Positions 37,834 to 47,051 are shown, counted from the stretch's first letter. The stretch is 64,000 nucleotides of DNA from Pseudomonadota bacterium (GCA_021325135.1 JAJPHT010000027.1:43336-107335), one strand, 5' to 3'. Notes: generated by a model from the sequence alone, not told the origin. Translations and numbers: made by a program.

Positions 37834-37868
37834 TGGCCGCCAAGGCGATTCCCCGGGCGGTGACGACC

Positions 37869-38156
37869 TTGCGTGCCATCGCCAGCATCTCCTTCGTGCT
37901 CTTCGCGCTCCTCCTGGGCGCCGTTCCCGCCGCCTCGGCGGAGCCCGTCCTCTCCAGGATCATCGACGACAACGGCCTTCCCACCGTCATCCCCCAGTTC
38001 GACTGCAACAGCAACACGCTCTGGTGTCACGTCCCGTGCGACAACGGCCCGGTGTCCGCCTTCTGCGACTACTACGGCACCCACGGCGGCGCGAGCTGCA
38101 TCATCCTCATCCGCCTCACGAGCACCTGCATCAACCCGCTCCCCGGGCAGGGGTGA
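37869..38156 (+). CDS. Secreted 6-Cys miniprotein B1
   Basis: TTG after GGTGA (alternative ATG 37833); signal peptide; ends TSTCINPLPGQG. Confidence 0.85.
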   Translation: MRAIASISFVLFALLLGAVPAASAEPVLSRIIDDNGLPTVIPQFDCNSNTLWCHVPCDNGPVSAFCDYYGTHGGASCIILIRLTSTCINPLPGQG

Positions 38157-38161
38157 TGCCG

Positions 38162-38437
38162 ATGCGCGCCCTCCTGAGCGTCTCCCTCGTTCTCCTCGCG
38201 CTCCTGCTGAGCGCGGTCCCCGCCTCCGCGGCGCAGACCGTCTCCGACCTCGGCGGCCCCCTGGACCAGTTCGTCCGCCTCGACTGCAAGACCCGCGATC
38301 CCTTCTGCCACTTCCGTTGCACGGGCGGCCCGGTCGGGCTCCTGTGCGACTACGACTCCACGCACGGCACGGTGAGCTGCGTCGTGCTGATCCGCCTCAC
38401 GAGCACCTGCATCAATCCGCTCCCCCAGCACGGGTGA
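38162..38437 (+). CDS. Secreted 6-Cys miniprotein B2
   Basis: MRALLSVSL signal peptide; GPV, HG, TSTCINPLP. Confidence 0.88.
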   Translation: MRALLSVSLVLLALLLSAVPASAAQTVSDLGGPLDQFVRLDCKTRDPFCHFRCTGGPVGLLCDYDSTHGTVSCVVLIRLTSTCINPLPQHG

Positions 38438-38442
38438 TCTCC

Positions 38443-38721
38443 ATGCGCGCCCTCCTCGGCATCCCCCTCGTCCTCCTGATCCTCCTGAGCGTCGTCCCCG
38501 CCGCCTCGGCGGACTCCGTCGTCCTCACGGACGTCCTGGACAACGGCCTCCCCACCGTCGTCCCGCGCTTCGACTGCGGCAGCAACACGCTCTGGTGCCA
38601 CTTCCAGTGCGACGGAGGCCCCGTCTCGACCTTCTGCGACTGGAACGGCTCCCACGGCCCCGCGAGCTGCATCATCCTCATCCGCTTCACGAGCACCTGC
38701 GTCAACCCGCTTCCCCAGTGA
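38443..38721 (+). CDS. Secreted 6-Cys miniprotein B3
   Basis: Close paralog of B1. Confidence 0.88.
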   Translation: MRALLGIPLVLLILLSVVPAASADSVVLTDVLDNGLPTVVPRFDCGSNTLWCHFQCDGGPVSTFCDWNGSHGPASCIILIRFTSTCVNPLPQ

Positions 38722-38741
38722 TCCCCCCAAGAGGCAAGACC

Positions 38742-38996
38742 ATGCGAACCCTGACCACCCTCTCCATCGTCCTCCTCACGATCTTCTGCGCCGTGCCCGC
38801 GTCCGCCGCGCCGGTCGCCCACGCCACCGACCTGCTCAGCCTCGACTGCGCGGCGGCGACCTCGTACTGCTGGGTCCCCTGTCGGCCCGGCCCCGTGGGC
38901 ATCATGTGTGGCCACGACACCCCGGACCACGGCTACGCCGGCTGCATCGTCTTCATCACCTACACGAGCACCTGCATCAACCCGACCCCCCTCTGA
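38742..38996 (+). CDS. Secreted 6-Cys miniprotein B4
   Basis: Signal peptide; same Cys frame; TSTCINP. Confidence 0.88.
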   Translation: MRTLTTLSIVLLTIFCAVPASAAPVAHATDLLSLDCAAATSYCWVPCRPGPVGIMCGHDTPDHGYAGCIVFITYTSTCINPTPL

Positions 38997-39007
38997 GGCC
39001 TGATATC

Positions 39008-39283
39008 ATGCGCGCCACGATCGGAATCGCCCTCGCCCTGCTGACGGTCCTCTTCGCCGGCCTCGCCTCGGCGGAGCCCCTCGCCTACGTGATCGAAAGG
39101 TCCGTGATCGATCCCTCGCAGATCGACGCCGTCTGCGTCGTGCCCTCCTGCTGGCCGACCTGCGATCCCGGCCCCGTGGCCGTCTGGTGCAACCACGACA
39201 CGCCCGGGCACGGCCGTGCGGCCTGCCTGGTGTTCGTCACGTTCACGAGCACCTGCATCAACCCGCTCCCCCAGGGCTCGTGA
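39008..39283 (+). CDS. Secreted 6-Cys miniprotein B5
   Basis: Signal peptide; GPV, HDTP.HG, TSTCINPLP. Confidence 0.88.
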   Translation: MRATIGIALALLTVLFAGLASAEPLAYVIERSVIDPSQIDAVCVVPSCWPTCDPGPVAVWCNHDTPGHGRAACLVFVTFTSTCINPLPQGS

Positions 39284-39499
39284 GGCGGCCGCCGGCGGCC
39301 GGGCCCTGCAACCGGGCCTGAGCGCGGGCGCACCCCACGCGGTGGGAGGAGCGTGGCTTTACCTCCGGCGGGCGCAGAAGACCTCGGGATTCCTCCTGGG
39401 ATCGGCCCGCCGCCAGGCCCCCGATGTCTCCCCCACAATGCCTCGACAGCCTCCCCCGTTCTCCCTCGCCTGGCGGCGGGCCGAGCGCCCCCTTTTTCT

Positions 39500-39904
39500 T
39501 CACGGACACCTCGACCCGGGATCGTCCGGATCGAGGACCGTCACGCTCGCCTGCCCCGCCATCACGCGGGGCCCCTGCGCGAAGAGGGTCCACCGCCCGG
39601 GGAGGTCGATGGAGCCGCGCAGCGTGACGTTCCGCGTCTCGTGGGCGCCGAGATCGACGTCCGCCTGCGCGACGTAGCCATATTGCTGCGCGTAGACGCC
39701 CACCGACGCCCGGCCAGCGCCGCCCCCGGGGTTCCGGAGCGCGAGCGTCGCCTCCAGGGGCGCCCCCCGCCCGATGCACGCGGAGGCGACCGTGAAGGAG
39801 ACGACCTGCGCGTCGGAGAGCGGAGGCGGCGCGGCCGCGTCCGGCGTCGGCGCGAGGCACCCCGCGAGGGGAAGGGCCACGAGGAGGCCAAGCGCCGGAC
39901 GCAC
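39500..39904 (-). CDS. Small lipoprotein, Ig/CARDB-like
   Basis: LAGC lipobox; LRNPG and LGAHETRNVT beta-sandwich pattern. Confidence 0.65.
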   Translation of the reverse strand: MRPALGLLVALPLAGCLAPTPDAAAPPPLSDAQVVSFTVASACIGRGAPLEATLALRNPGGGAGRASVGVYAQQYGYVAQADVDLGAHETRNVTLRGSIDLPGRWTLFAQGPRVMAGQASVTVLDPDDPGSRCP

Positions 39905-40029
39905 TCTCCCCCGGTCTCTCGCGCCGGGCTGATATCTCTTCCGGCGGGACCCCCCAGGGGTGAGCCCCGCTGGTCGTTCGACCGGCCGCGAAGGGGAAAC
40001 GGCTTTGAGCCTCAGGCGGATCCGGCCGC

Positions 40030-40944
40030 ATGCGCCGCTTCCGCTACGTCGTGCTGGACGTCTTCGCCGACCGGCCCTTCGCCGGGAACCCCCTCGCCGT
40101 GTTCCCCGACGCGCGGGGCATCGGGCCCTCCGAGATGCAGGCCATCGCGCAGGAGATGAACCTCAGCGAGACGACGTTCGTGCTGCCGCCCACGAATCCC
40201 GCGGACGCGGCCGCGCGCGTGCGCATCTTCACGCCCCACGAGGAGCTGCCCTACGCGGGGCACCCCAGCGTGGGCACGCACTGGGTCCTCGCCGAGGAGG
40301 GCGGGCACTCGGGGCACCGCAACGGGCGGACGCGCATCGTGCAGGAGGTGGGCGCGGGCCTGCTGCCCATCCACGTCGACCGGCGCGATGGCGCGGTCGT
40401 GAACGTCATGACGACGCAGGCGCCGCCGCGCTTCGGCCCCGTCCTCGCGGCCGCGAAGGTCGCGCCCATCCTCGGCGTCCCCGAGTCTGATATCATGGGC
40501 GACCTCCCCGCCCAGGTGGTCAACACGGGCATCGACTGGCTGCTGGTGCCCATGCGCTCGCTGGACGCGCTGAGGCGCGTGAGCCTCGTCTCGGACGCCG
40601 CGGCGCGGCTGCGCGCCATGGGGCTGAGGCAGATGGTCTACCCCTTCGCGCTGGAGGGGTTCGACAAGGACGCCATGACCGCGGCGCGCGGCCTGCTGGC
40701 GGGCGAGTTCGAGGACCCCGTCACCGGGAGCGCGTCGGGCTGCCTGGGCGCGTACCTCGCCAAGCACCAGCGCGTGAAGCCCGGCGCGGACGGCACGGCG
40801 CGCTTCACGCACACGCAGGGGCACGTCATGGGGCGGCCGGGCCGCGTGGAGATCGAGGTGGACGTGAAGGGGGGCGAGCCTACGGAGGTGCGCGTCGGGG
40901 GCCAGTGCGTGCGCATTATGGATGGCCAGGCGACGCTGCCGTAA
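40030..40944 (+). CDS. PhzF family isomerase
   Basis: DVF....AGNPLAV, EMNLSETTF, RIFTP..EL..AGHP, EDPVTGSA. Confidence 0.93.
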   Translation: MRRFRYVVLDVFADRPFAGNPLAVFPDARGIGPSEMQAIAQEMNLSETTFVLPPTNPADAAARVRIFTPHEELPYAGHPSVGTHWVLAEEGGHSGHRNGRTRIVQEVGAGLLPIHVDRRDGAVVNVMTTQAPPRFGPVLAAAKVAPILGVPESDIMGDLPAQVVNTGIDWLLVPMRSLDALRRVSLVSDAAARLRAMGLRQMVYPFALEGFDKDAMTAARGLLAGEFEDPVTGSASGCLGAYLAKHQRVKPGADGTARFTHTQGHVMGRPGRVEIEVDVKGGEPTEVRVGGQCVRIMDGQATLP

Positions 40945-40946
40945 GC

Positions 40947-41270
40947 TCACGGCGGCGAGGGCAGCGACCCGGTGAGCCACGCCAGCACGAGGCCCACGGC
41001 GCCGGCCGCGGCGAGGACGCCCCAGACGGCGGGCTTGCCGCCGCGCCAGTACGCGACGATGCCCACGGCCAGCGCGGCGAGGGCGCCCACCATGGGCCAG
41101 CCCGAGAGCGAGACGCGCGGCGTGTAGCCGTCCAGGCTGTACGCGTCCCACGCCAGCGCGACGAGGGCCACGAGGGCGACGGTGACGACGAACGCCGCGA
41201 GGAAGGGCCCCGAGGCCTTGCCTCCCGACCCCTTTCCGGGGGACGCGGCGCGCTTCGCCTTCTTCGGCAT
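40947..41270 (-). CDS. Small three-TM membrane protein
   Basis: Basic N-terminus and 3 hydrophobic helices. Confidence 0.65.
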   Translation of the reverse strand: MPKKAKRAASPGKGSGGKASGPFLAAFVVTVALVALVALAWDAYSLDGYTPRVSLSGWPMVGALAALAVGIVAYWRGGKPAVWGVLAAAGAVGLVLAWLTGSLPSPP

Positions 41271-41359
41271 GAAGGTCCTTCATCGGAGCCCCGGGCATAA
41301 GGGCGCGCAACGGCGCTCGAACCGCAACGCTCAACTGGGCGCTCGCCGGCCAGGCGCGC

Positions 41360-41854
41360 GTGACCCTCGCGGACTTCTGCGCCCGCTGCGGGAAGCCCAC
41401 GGCGCGCTTCGAGGAGCACGGCCGCCCCAGGGCGCGGTGCGGCGCGTGCGGCTGGGTGGACTACGATGGCCCCAAACCCGCCGTGGGCGCGATCCTCGTC
41501 CGTGGACGCCAGGTGCTCCTCTCGCGCCGCGCCCGCGAGCCGCTTCGCGGGCTCTGGGACCTGCCGGGGGGCTTCCTGGAGCCGGGCGAGGACCCGGAGG
41601 CGGGCATCGTGCGCGAGCTTCGCGAGGAGACGGGCCTCGCGGCGCGCGTCCTGGGGCTCGTCCATGTCGCGGCGGGCCAGTACGACGGGGCCGGCACGCT
41701 GAACCTGGTCTATCGTTGCGAGGCCGAGGGCGAGCCGCGCGCCATGGACGACTCGGCCGAGCTTCGCTGGCACGACCCGCGCCGGCTGCCGGAGATGGCG
41801 TGGCCCCACGAGGTGGCGGCGATCCGCGCCTGGCTCGCAGGGCAAGCGGAGTGA
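41360..41854 (+). CDS. NUDIX hydrolase with N-terminal Zn ribbon
   Basis: CxxC..CxxC; GGFLEPGEDPEAGIVRELREETG Nudix box. Confidence 0.92.
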   Translation: MTLADFCARCGKPTARFEEHGRPRARCGACGWVDYDGPKPAVGAILVRGRQVLLSRRAREPLRGLWDLPGGFLEPGEDPEAGIVRELREETGLAARVLGLVHVAAGQYDGAGTLNLVYRCEAEGEPRAMDDSAELRWHDPRRLPEMAWPHEVAAIRAWLAGQAE

Positions 41855-41985
41855 GCGGGAGCCTCGACGGCCAGGGGAACGGGTCCTTCGACGCCATCCC
41901 CCTTCCTTGGGTCCGCGCAGCCCGCGCGACGGGAAACGCATTTGAAGGGGCGAGCAATCCCGAAGCCCATCCACGAGGGACCAAG

Positions 41986-43008
41986 ATGGACAGGAACCAG
42001 CTCGCCCAGACCGCGAAGCAACTCGTCTCGCCCGGCCGCGGCATCCTCGCCGCCGACGAGAGCACGAGCACCATGGGGAAGCGCCTCAAGAGCATCGGCG
42101 TGGAGAACACCGAGGCGGCGCGCATCGGCTTCCGCGGCGCGATGTTCACGGCGCAGGGCTGGGAGAAGCACGTCAGCGGCGTCATCCTCTACGACGAGAC
42201 GCTGCGCCAGTCCGTGGACGGGACGCCCGTGCCCAAGCTCCTCGCGAGCCACGGCGTGATCCCCGGCATCAAGGTGGACAAGGGGAGCAAGCCCCTGGCC
42301 TTCGCCGAGGGCGAGGAGGTCACGGAAGGGCTGGACGGGCTGCGCGAGCGCCTCCAGGAGTACCACGGCCTCGGGGCCCGCTTCGCCAAGTGGCGCGCCG
42401 TCATCAACATCACCGACAAGACCCCCTCCCGCTACGGCATCGAGGCCAACGCGCACGCCCTCGCGCGCTACGCGGCCCTCTGCCAGGAGGCCGGCATCGT
42501 GCCCATCGTGGAGCCGGAGGTCATCATGGACGGCAACCACACCCTGGAGCGCAGCTTCGAGGTCACGGACTGGATCCAGCGCGCGGTGTTCGACGAGCTG
42601 CACCTCCAGCGCGTCCACTTCCCCGGCATGCTGCTGAAGCCCAACATGGTGGTCCCCGGCTACGGCAGCGGCCAGAAGACCAGCGCCCAGCAGGTGGCCG
42701 AGAAGACCCTGGAGGTCCTGCGCCGCAACGTGCCCGCCTCGGTCCCGGGCATCGTGTTCCTCAGCGGCGGCCTCTCCGACGAGGACGCCACGGAGTACCT
42801 GGACGCCATGAACAAGGCCCCGGGCCCCAAGCCGTGGGCGCTCTCCTTCTCCTACGGCCGCGCCCTCCAGCACGCCGCCCTCCAGACCTGGGCGGGCAAG
42901 GCGGAGAACAAGGCCGCCACCCAGCGGGCGTTCCTGAAGCGCGCCCGCCTCAACGGCCTCGCCGCCAAGGGCGAGTACGACCGGAAGATGGAGTCCGAGG
43001 CGCAGTAA
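41986..43008 (+). CDS. Class I fructose-bisphosphate aldolase (eukaryote/bacterial type)
   Basis: GILAADES, PGIKVDKG, FAKWR, VPIVEPE, LLKPNMV, FLSGG, SFSYGRALQ. Confidence 0.95.
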   Translation: MDRNQLAQTAKQLVSPGRGILAADESTSTMGKRLKSIGVENTEAARIGFRGAMFTAQGWEKHVSGVILYDETLRQSVDGTPVPKLLASHGVIPGIKVDKGSKPLAFAEGEEVTEGLDGLRERLQEYHGLGARFAKWRAVINITDKTPSRYGIEANAHALARYAALCQEAGIVPIVEPEVIMDGNHTLERSFEVTDWIQRAVFDELHLQRVHFPGMLLKPNMVVPGYGSGQKTSAQQVAEKTLEVLRRNVPASVPGIVFLSGGLSDEDATEYLDAMNKAPGPKPWALSFSYGRALQHAALQTWAGKAENKAATQRAFLKRARLNGLAAKGEYDRKMESEAQ

Positions 43009-43166
43009 CGCAACAGCCGTCGCGGGGCGGCGCCGTCAAGCTGAGGGCTTGCCCCCGAGGCGTCATTTCCTGCTCCGACGACCTAACGTCAGGGGGGGCT
43101 CGCCCCCCTGAAGCCCCCCTCGGCAAAGGGCGTCAAACTTGCTTATGCACCCCCCGGCCACCCTAC

Positions 43167-43335
43167 GGGCTGGCCGCCGGTGCGGGCCGCGTCGCCCATA
43201 CCCCACCCGCACCCGCGACCTTGCGAGGAGGCTCACGCCGAGGCGGGGATTCCCCTTCCGGACCCCACGCCCCGCCTCGGCATGGCCCCGTCTCCGCGGA
43301 CCCGCGGGGGCGGAGGTCTCCCGCTTCGCCAGTCC
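43167..43335 (+). ncRNA. Candidate multi-stem structured RNA
   Basis: Closing helix plus three long hairpins, about 20 nt downstream of a TATA-like CTTATG; family not recognised. Confidence 0.35.
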
Positions 43336-43376
43336 CTGCCCCCTTCAAATCCTCCCGCTGCAGACCGTAACCCCCG

Positions 43377-44051
43377 ATGGGACGGCGCCTTGCGGCCCCG
43401 GAGGAGATCCACACCCTGCTGCCCGCCACGGAAGGGCACGCGCTCCGCGGCCGGTCGCAGCCCCGCGTGCAGGCCGACGCCATCGAGGCGTGCCTGGACC
43501 GCGTGGCGCCCCTGTATCGCGCCAGCCTGGCCACGCGCCGCGAGCACGGCTTTCTCGCCTACGCCCCCCGCGCCGCCGAGGGCTACGTCCTGGAGAAGGA
43601 CGCCGTGGGCACTCGCGACGCCATCGCCTGGCACTGGGCCCACCCCGACGCGACGGTCGCGTTCAGCTTCCACACGCACCCCAGCCCCCGCGCCGCGGTC
43701 GCCCCCAGCGGCATCGACGCCGTGGGCGCCCTCATCCGGGGCGACCACCTCGTCTACGTGCTGACCATGGACGGCCGCCTCGCGGGGTGGCGCTTCCGGG
43801 ACGACACGCCCCACGCCCGCGCCGTGGAGGACGCCGTGCGGGCCCTGGACGACGCCAAGCGCTTCGAGGGGCGCTACGTCCGCTTCCTCTACGACGCTTT
43901 CGACGCCCTGAGGCCCCGCGTCATGGAGCCGGTCTACGCCGCCCGCCTCACCCTGACGCGGGACGACGGCATGCGCCTGGAGCGGGCGCAGCCGGGCCGC
44001 CCCTTCCTCACGCCGTGGGAGGAGCACGGCGACGGGCCCGCGCAACGATGA
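43377..44051 (+). CDS. JAB/MPN-like metalloprotein
   Basis: EHGF ... FHTHPS..PSGID fits E..HxH..SxxD. Confidence 0.6.
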   Translation: MGRRLAAPEEIHTLLPATEGHALRGRSQPRVQADAIEACLDRVAPLYRASLATRREHGFLAYAPRAAEGYVLEKDAVGTRDAIAWHWAHPDATVAFSFHTHPSPRAAVAPSGIDAVGALIRGDHLVYVLTMDGRLAGWRFRDDTPHARAVEDAVRALDDAKRFEGRYVRFLYDAFDALRPRVMEPVYAARLTLTRDDGMRLERAQPGRPFLTPWEEHGDGPAQR

Positions 44052-44079
44052 TGCACGCGGGCGGACCTGGCGCGGACGC

Positions 44080-44520
44080 ATGATCGTCTTCGGAGACGTC
44101 GCCGTGGTCGTGAGCGACGGCAAGGCCGCCGCGAAGTGGTGGAAGGAGAAGCTGGGCTTCGAGGTGCGGGACGACGAGGGGCACTGGATCACCGTGGCCG
44201 CGCCCGGCAGCAGCACGCTCCTGCACCTCTGCGCCAACGGCACGCACGAGGAGGGCAACACCGGCATCGGCTTCGTCGTGGACGACGTGGCCGCCACGGA
44301 GAAGGCGTGGGCCACCAAGGGCGTGCGCTTCACCCGGCCCACGACGCGCAGCGACTGGGGCACCTCCGCCGTCTTCGCGGACCCCGACGGCAACGAGTTC
44401 ACGCTCAGCGAGGACCCCGACCTCAAGCCGAAGCCCAAGCCGCGGCGGAAGAAGGCCGCGGCGAAGAAGGGCGCCAAGAAAGGCGCCAAGAAGGCGGGGA
44501 AGAAGGCGCGCCGCCGCTAG
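44080..44520 (+). CDS. VOC/glyoxalase family protein with Lys-rich tail
   Basis: VVSD...A..WW.EKLGF, F.VDDV, FADPDGN. Confidence 0.9.
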   Translation: MIVFGDVAVVVSDGKAAAKWWKEKLGFEVRDDEGHWITVAAPGSSTLLHLCANGTHEEGNTGIGFVVDDVAATEKAWATKGVRFTRPTTRSDWGTSAVFADPDGNEFTLSEDPDLKPKPKPRRKKAAAKKGAKKGAKKAGKKARRR

Positions 44521-44555
44521 CCAAGATTGATGGCATCGCTGGCGCCATCGCCCCC

Positions 44556-45920
44556 GTGCGAGGCCTCGCGTGGCTTCTCCTGGCGCTCCTCCTCGCGGGG
44601 TGCGCCGTTCCAGGCGCAGGGCTGCATCCGGCGTCGGTGACCCAGGCCCCGGCGCTCTCGTGCCCCGCTCCATGCGTGCGGCTTCTTTCCACCTCCGCCC
44701 GCCCGTGGGAGCCCACGATCGCCGTCGACCCGCGCGACCCGGGGCGCGTCGTCGTGGCCAACGCGGTCTTCGAGGGGCTCGACGGAACGCCCGTCGCCAC
44801 CTCGTGGATCGAGACGCACGCCACGAACGACGGAGGGGCCTCGTGGACCTCCACGCGCATGCCGCCCCTGGGCATGCACGACGCCATGGGGGACGCCTTC
44901 GTGGCGTTCCTGCGCGACGGGACGCCCCTCGCGGCGGGGCTGGCGTTCGACCACGCGGGCGCCGGGGCCGGGCAGGCCTACGCCTCGGCGCGCTCCGCGT
45001 ACTCCTTCTTCGTCGCGCGCTCCTCCGACGGGGGCGCGTCGTGGGAGGGCCCGGCGGTCGTGCGCGCGGGGCAGGGCGCGCTGGCGCTCGCCCTCGCGCC
45101 GCAGCCGGTGGGCGAGCAGGCCGCGGCCGCCGCGTGGGATGCCAACGACAAGGAGTGGATCGCGGAGGGCCCCGACGGGACGCTCCTCGCGACGTGGGCC
45201 GACATCCGCATCATCGACCCGCCGCAGGAGACGGTCAGCCGCCAGGACCTCGTCGCGGCCACGTCGCGCGACGGCGGGCGCACCTGGTCCACGCCCTCCC
45301 TCGTGGAGACGGGGGGCCAGTGGCTTGGCGCCGCACCCGCGATCCTCCCCGACGGGACGATGGCGGTCGCCTACGTCGACGCGCTCAGCCTGGACCTCCA
45401 CGTCGCGACCTCGCGCGACGGCGGGGCGACGTGGCGCGCGCAGCCCGTGGGCTCCGCTGCGTTCTTCCCCGCCCTCGCGGCGTCGGGCGCCCGGCTGGTC
45501 CTCGCCTACGCGGACTCGGACGAGCGCGCGCCCGACGTCGTCCAGATGGACGGCAAGCCGCAGCGCGTCGTCGTGCGCGTCTCGGACGACGCGGGCGCGA
45601 CGTGGAGCGCGCCGCGCACCGTGGACGCGCCCGAGGCGCCAGGGCGCGCGACGCCGCGGCTCGCGATCGCCCCGGACGGAACGGCACTCCTGAGCTGGAT
45701 GCACGCCACCTCCGCAGGCGCCGAGCTTCGCGTCGTCGCGATGCGCGGGGACTCCATCTCGACCCCTCTCGCCCTCGACCGGCCGCAGGCGCCTTCGAGC
45801 CTGCTGGGCGACTACATGGGGCTTGCCGGGACGCCCGACGGGGCGTGGGCCGCGTGGGTCACGAGCGCCGACGGGAAGGAGTTCCGGCTGGCGGTCGCGC
45901 AGATGACGTTCGCTCCCTGA
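44556..45920 (+). CDS. Lipoprotein with BNR/Asp-box repeats (sialidase-like propeller)
   Basis: LAGC lipobox; repeated S.DGG.(T/S)W; GDYMGL. Confidence 0.88.
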   Translation: MRGLAWLLLALLLAGCAVPGAGLHPASVTQAPALSCPAPCVRLLSTSARPWEPTIAVDPRDPGRVVVANAVFEGLDGTPVATSWIETHATNDGGASWTSTRMPPLGMHDAMGDAFVAFLRDGTPLAAGLAFDHAGAGAGQAYASARSAYSFFVARSSDGGASWEGPAVVRAGQGALALALAPQPVGEQAAAAAWDANDKEWIAEGPDGTLLATWADIRIIDPPQETVSRQDLVAATSRDGGRTWSTPSLVETGGQWLGAAPAILPDGTMAVAYVDALSLDLHVATSRDGGATWRAQPVGSAAFFPALAASGARLVLAYADSDERAPDVVQMDGKPQRVVVRVSDDAGATWSAPRTVDAPEAPGRATPRLAIAPDGTALLSWMHATSAGAELRVVAMRGDSISTPLALDRPQAPSSLLGDYMGLAGTPDGAWAAWVTSADGKEFRLAVAQMTFAP

Positions 45921-45972
45921 GGATCGACGGCAAAGGCAAAGGTTATTGACTTCTTTCGTAATTTCGAAAATC

Positions 45973-46710
45973 GTGCTTTCAGGGGCAGACTTCGACCTGC
46001 TTCAGCGCGTGGCCCAGCTCCAGAAGGGCGAGCCGTTGCACTTGGAGGAGCTGGCGCGCCGCCTGGAGATGTCCCCCTCCCTTCTCCAGCGCAAGCTGAA
46101 GAAGCTCGCGACCGAGGGTTGGATCGAGCGGCGTCAGGAGGCCAGCCCCCACGGCCGGATCGTGCGGTACGTCCCCGTGGCCCGGGTGAGCGTTCAATGG
46201 GTTTCTCCCTGGCACGGCGCCGCCATCGCCTGGTCGATGCAGGGAGAGGCCAACTGGGAGTTCCCGCTGATCGGCCAGGTCCCCGACGAGCCCGCCAGGA
46301 TCGCTCTCCAGCGCTTTCTTTCGGTCTTGTCCGAGGAGGGGCTTCTTGCTCCTGGGGCTGGGTTCGAGGGTCCCATGCTCTCCCTTGGGTCCGAGCCCCG
46401 CTTGGCCGTCGTGGTCTACGGCTCCGCCGCCCGAGGGCAGGCGCGCGCGGACTCCGACGTCGACGTGGTCGTGGTCGTCGAGTCCAAGAAAATCGAGGAG
46501 AAGATTCTCGACGCCGCAGCGTCCGCGAGCCTGGAGACGCCGCGAGACGTCCAGGTCAAGGTGCTGGCGATGGGTCAGGACGGGCGCCTCCCCAGGATGA
46601 CGCCCCAGATCGATCAGGCGATCCGCGAGGACGGACTGATCGTCTTCGACACGCTGCACGACCCCCGGCTCTGGTCGCTTGTCTACGGAGGCAGGCGCCG
46701 TGGACCTTGA
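45973..46710 (+). CDS. HTH-fused minimal nucleotidyltransferase (MNT antitoxin)
   Basis: N-terminal wHTH; YGSAARG....DSDVD. Confidence 0.85.
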   Translation: MLSGADFDLLQRVAQLQKGEPLHLEELARRLEMSPSLLQRKLKKLATEGWIERRQEASPHGRIVRYVPVARVSVQWVSPWHGAAIAWSMQGEANWEFPLIGQVPDEPARIALQRFLSVLSEEGLLAPGAGFEGPMLSLGSEPRLAVVVYGSAARGQARADSDVDVVVVVESKKIEEKILDAAASASLETPRDVQVKVLAMGQDGRLPRMTPQIDQAIREDGLIVFDTLHDPRLWSLVYGGRRRGP

Positions 46711-47047
46711 GGAGCAGCTTTGGGACGGGGCCGCGGAATGGCTTGCGGCCGCGCAGCAGGAGCGAGCCAGCGGCCGGCTGCGGGTGGCGTTCGAAGCCGC
46801 GCGCCACTCCGCCGAGCTGTCCGCGAAGGCCCTCCTGGTGCGGGCCACGGGAAGCTTCCCGAAGTCGCACACCGTCGCCGGGCAGCTTCACCGGGCGGGG
46901 CTCGTCCCTGCTGGCGTCGAACCGAAGGTCCTTCACCGGCTGCTCTCGGACTTCACGCTCGGGACCTATGGCTTCGAGCGCCCCCTGGAGGATGCGGAGG
47001 TCGCGAACGCCATCGCGCTCGCCCGCGCCATGCTCTCGGCCCGCTGA
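46700..47047 (+). CDS. HEPN domain protein
   Basis: F.A.HSAELSAKALL...FPKSH; overlaps the MNT gene. Confidence 0.85.
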   Translation: MDLEEQLWDGAAEWLAAAQQERASGRLRVAFEAARHSAELSAKALLVRATGSFPKSHTVAGQLHRAGLVPAGVEPKVLHRLLSDFTLGTYGFERPLEDAEVANAIALARAMLSAR

Positions 47048-47051
47048 GCGG

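Noticed and set aside
37869-39283. B proteins as additional lanthipeptide precursors
   Set aside because: They have Sec-type signal peptides, an even conserved Cys count and no shared leader
43167-43335. SRP RNA or RNase P RNA
   Set aside because: Too short and lacks the conserved SRP helix 8 and RNase P CR-I/CR-V sequences
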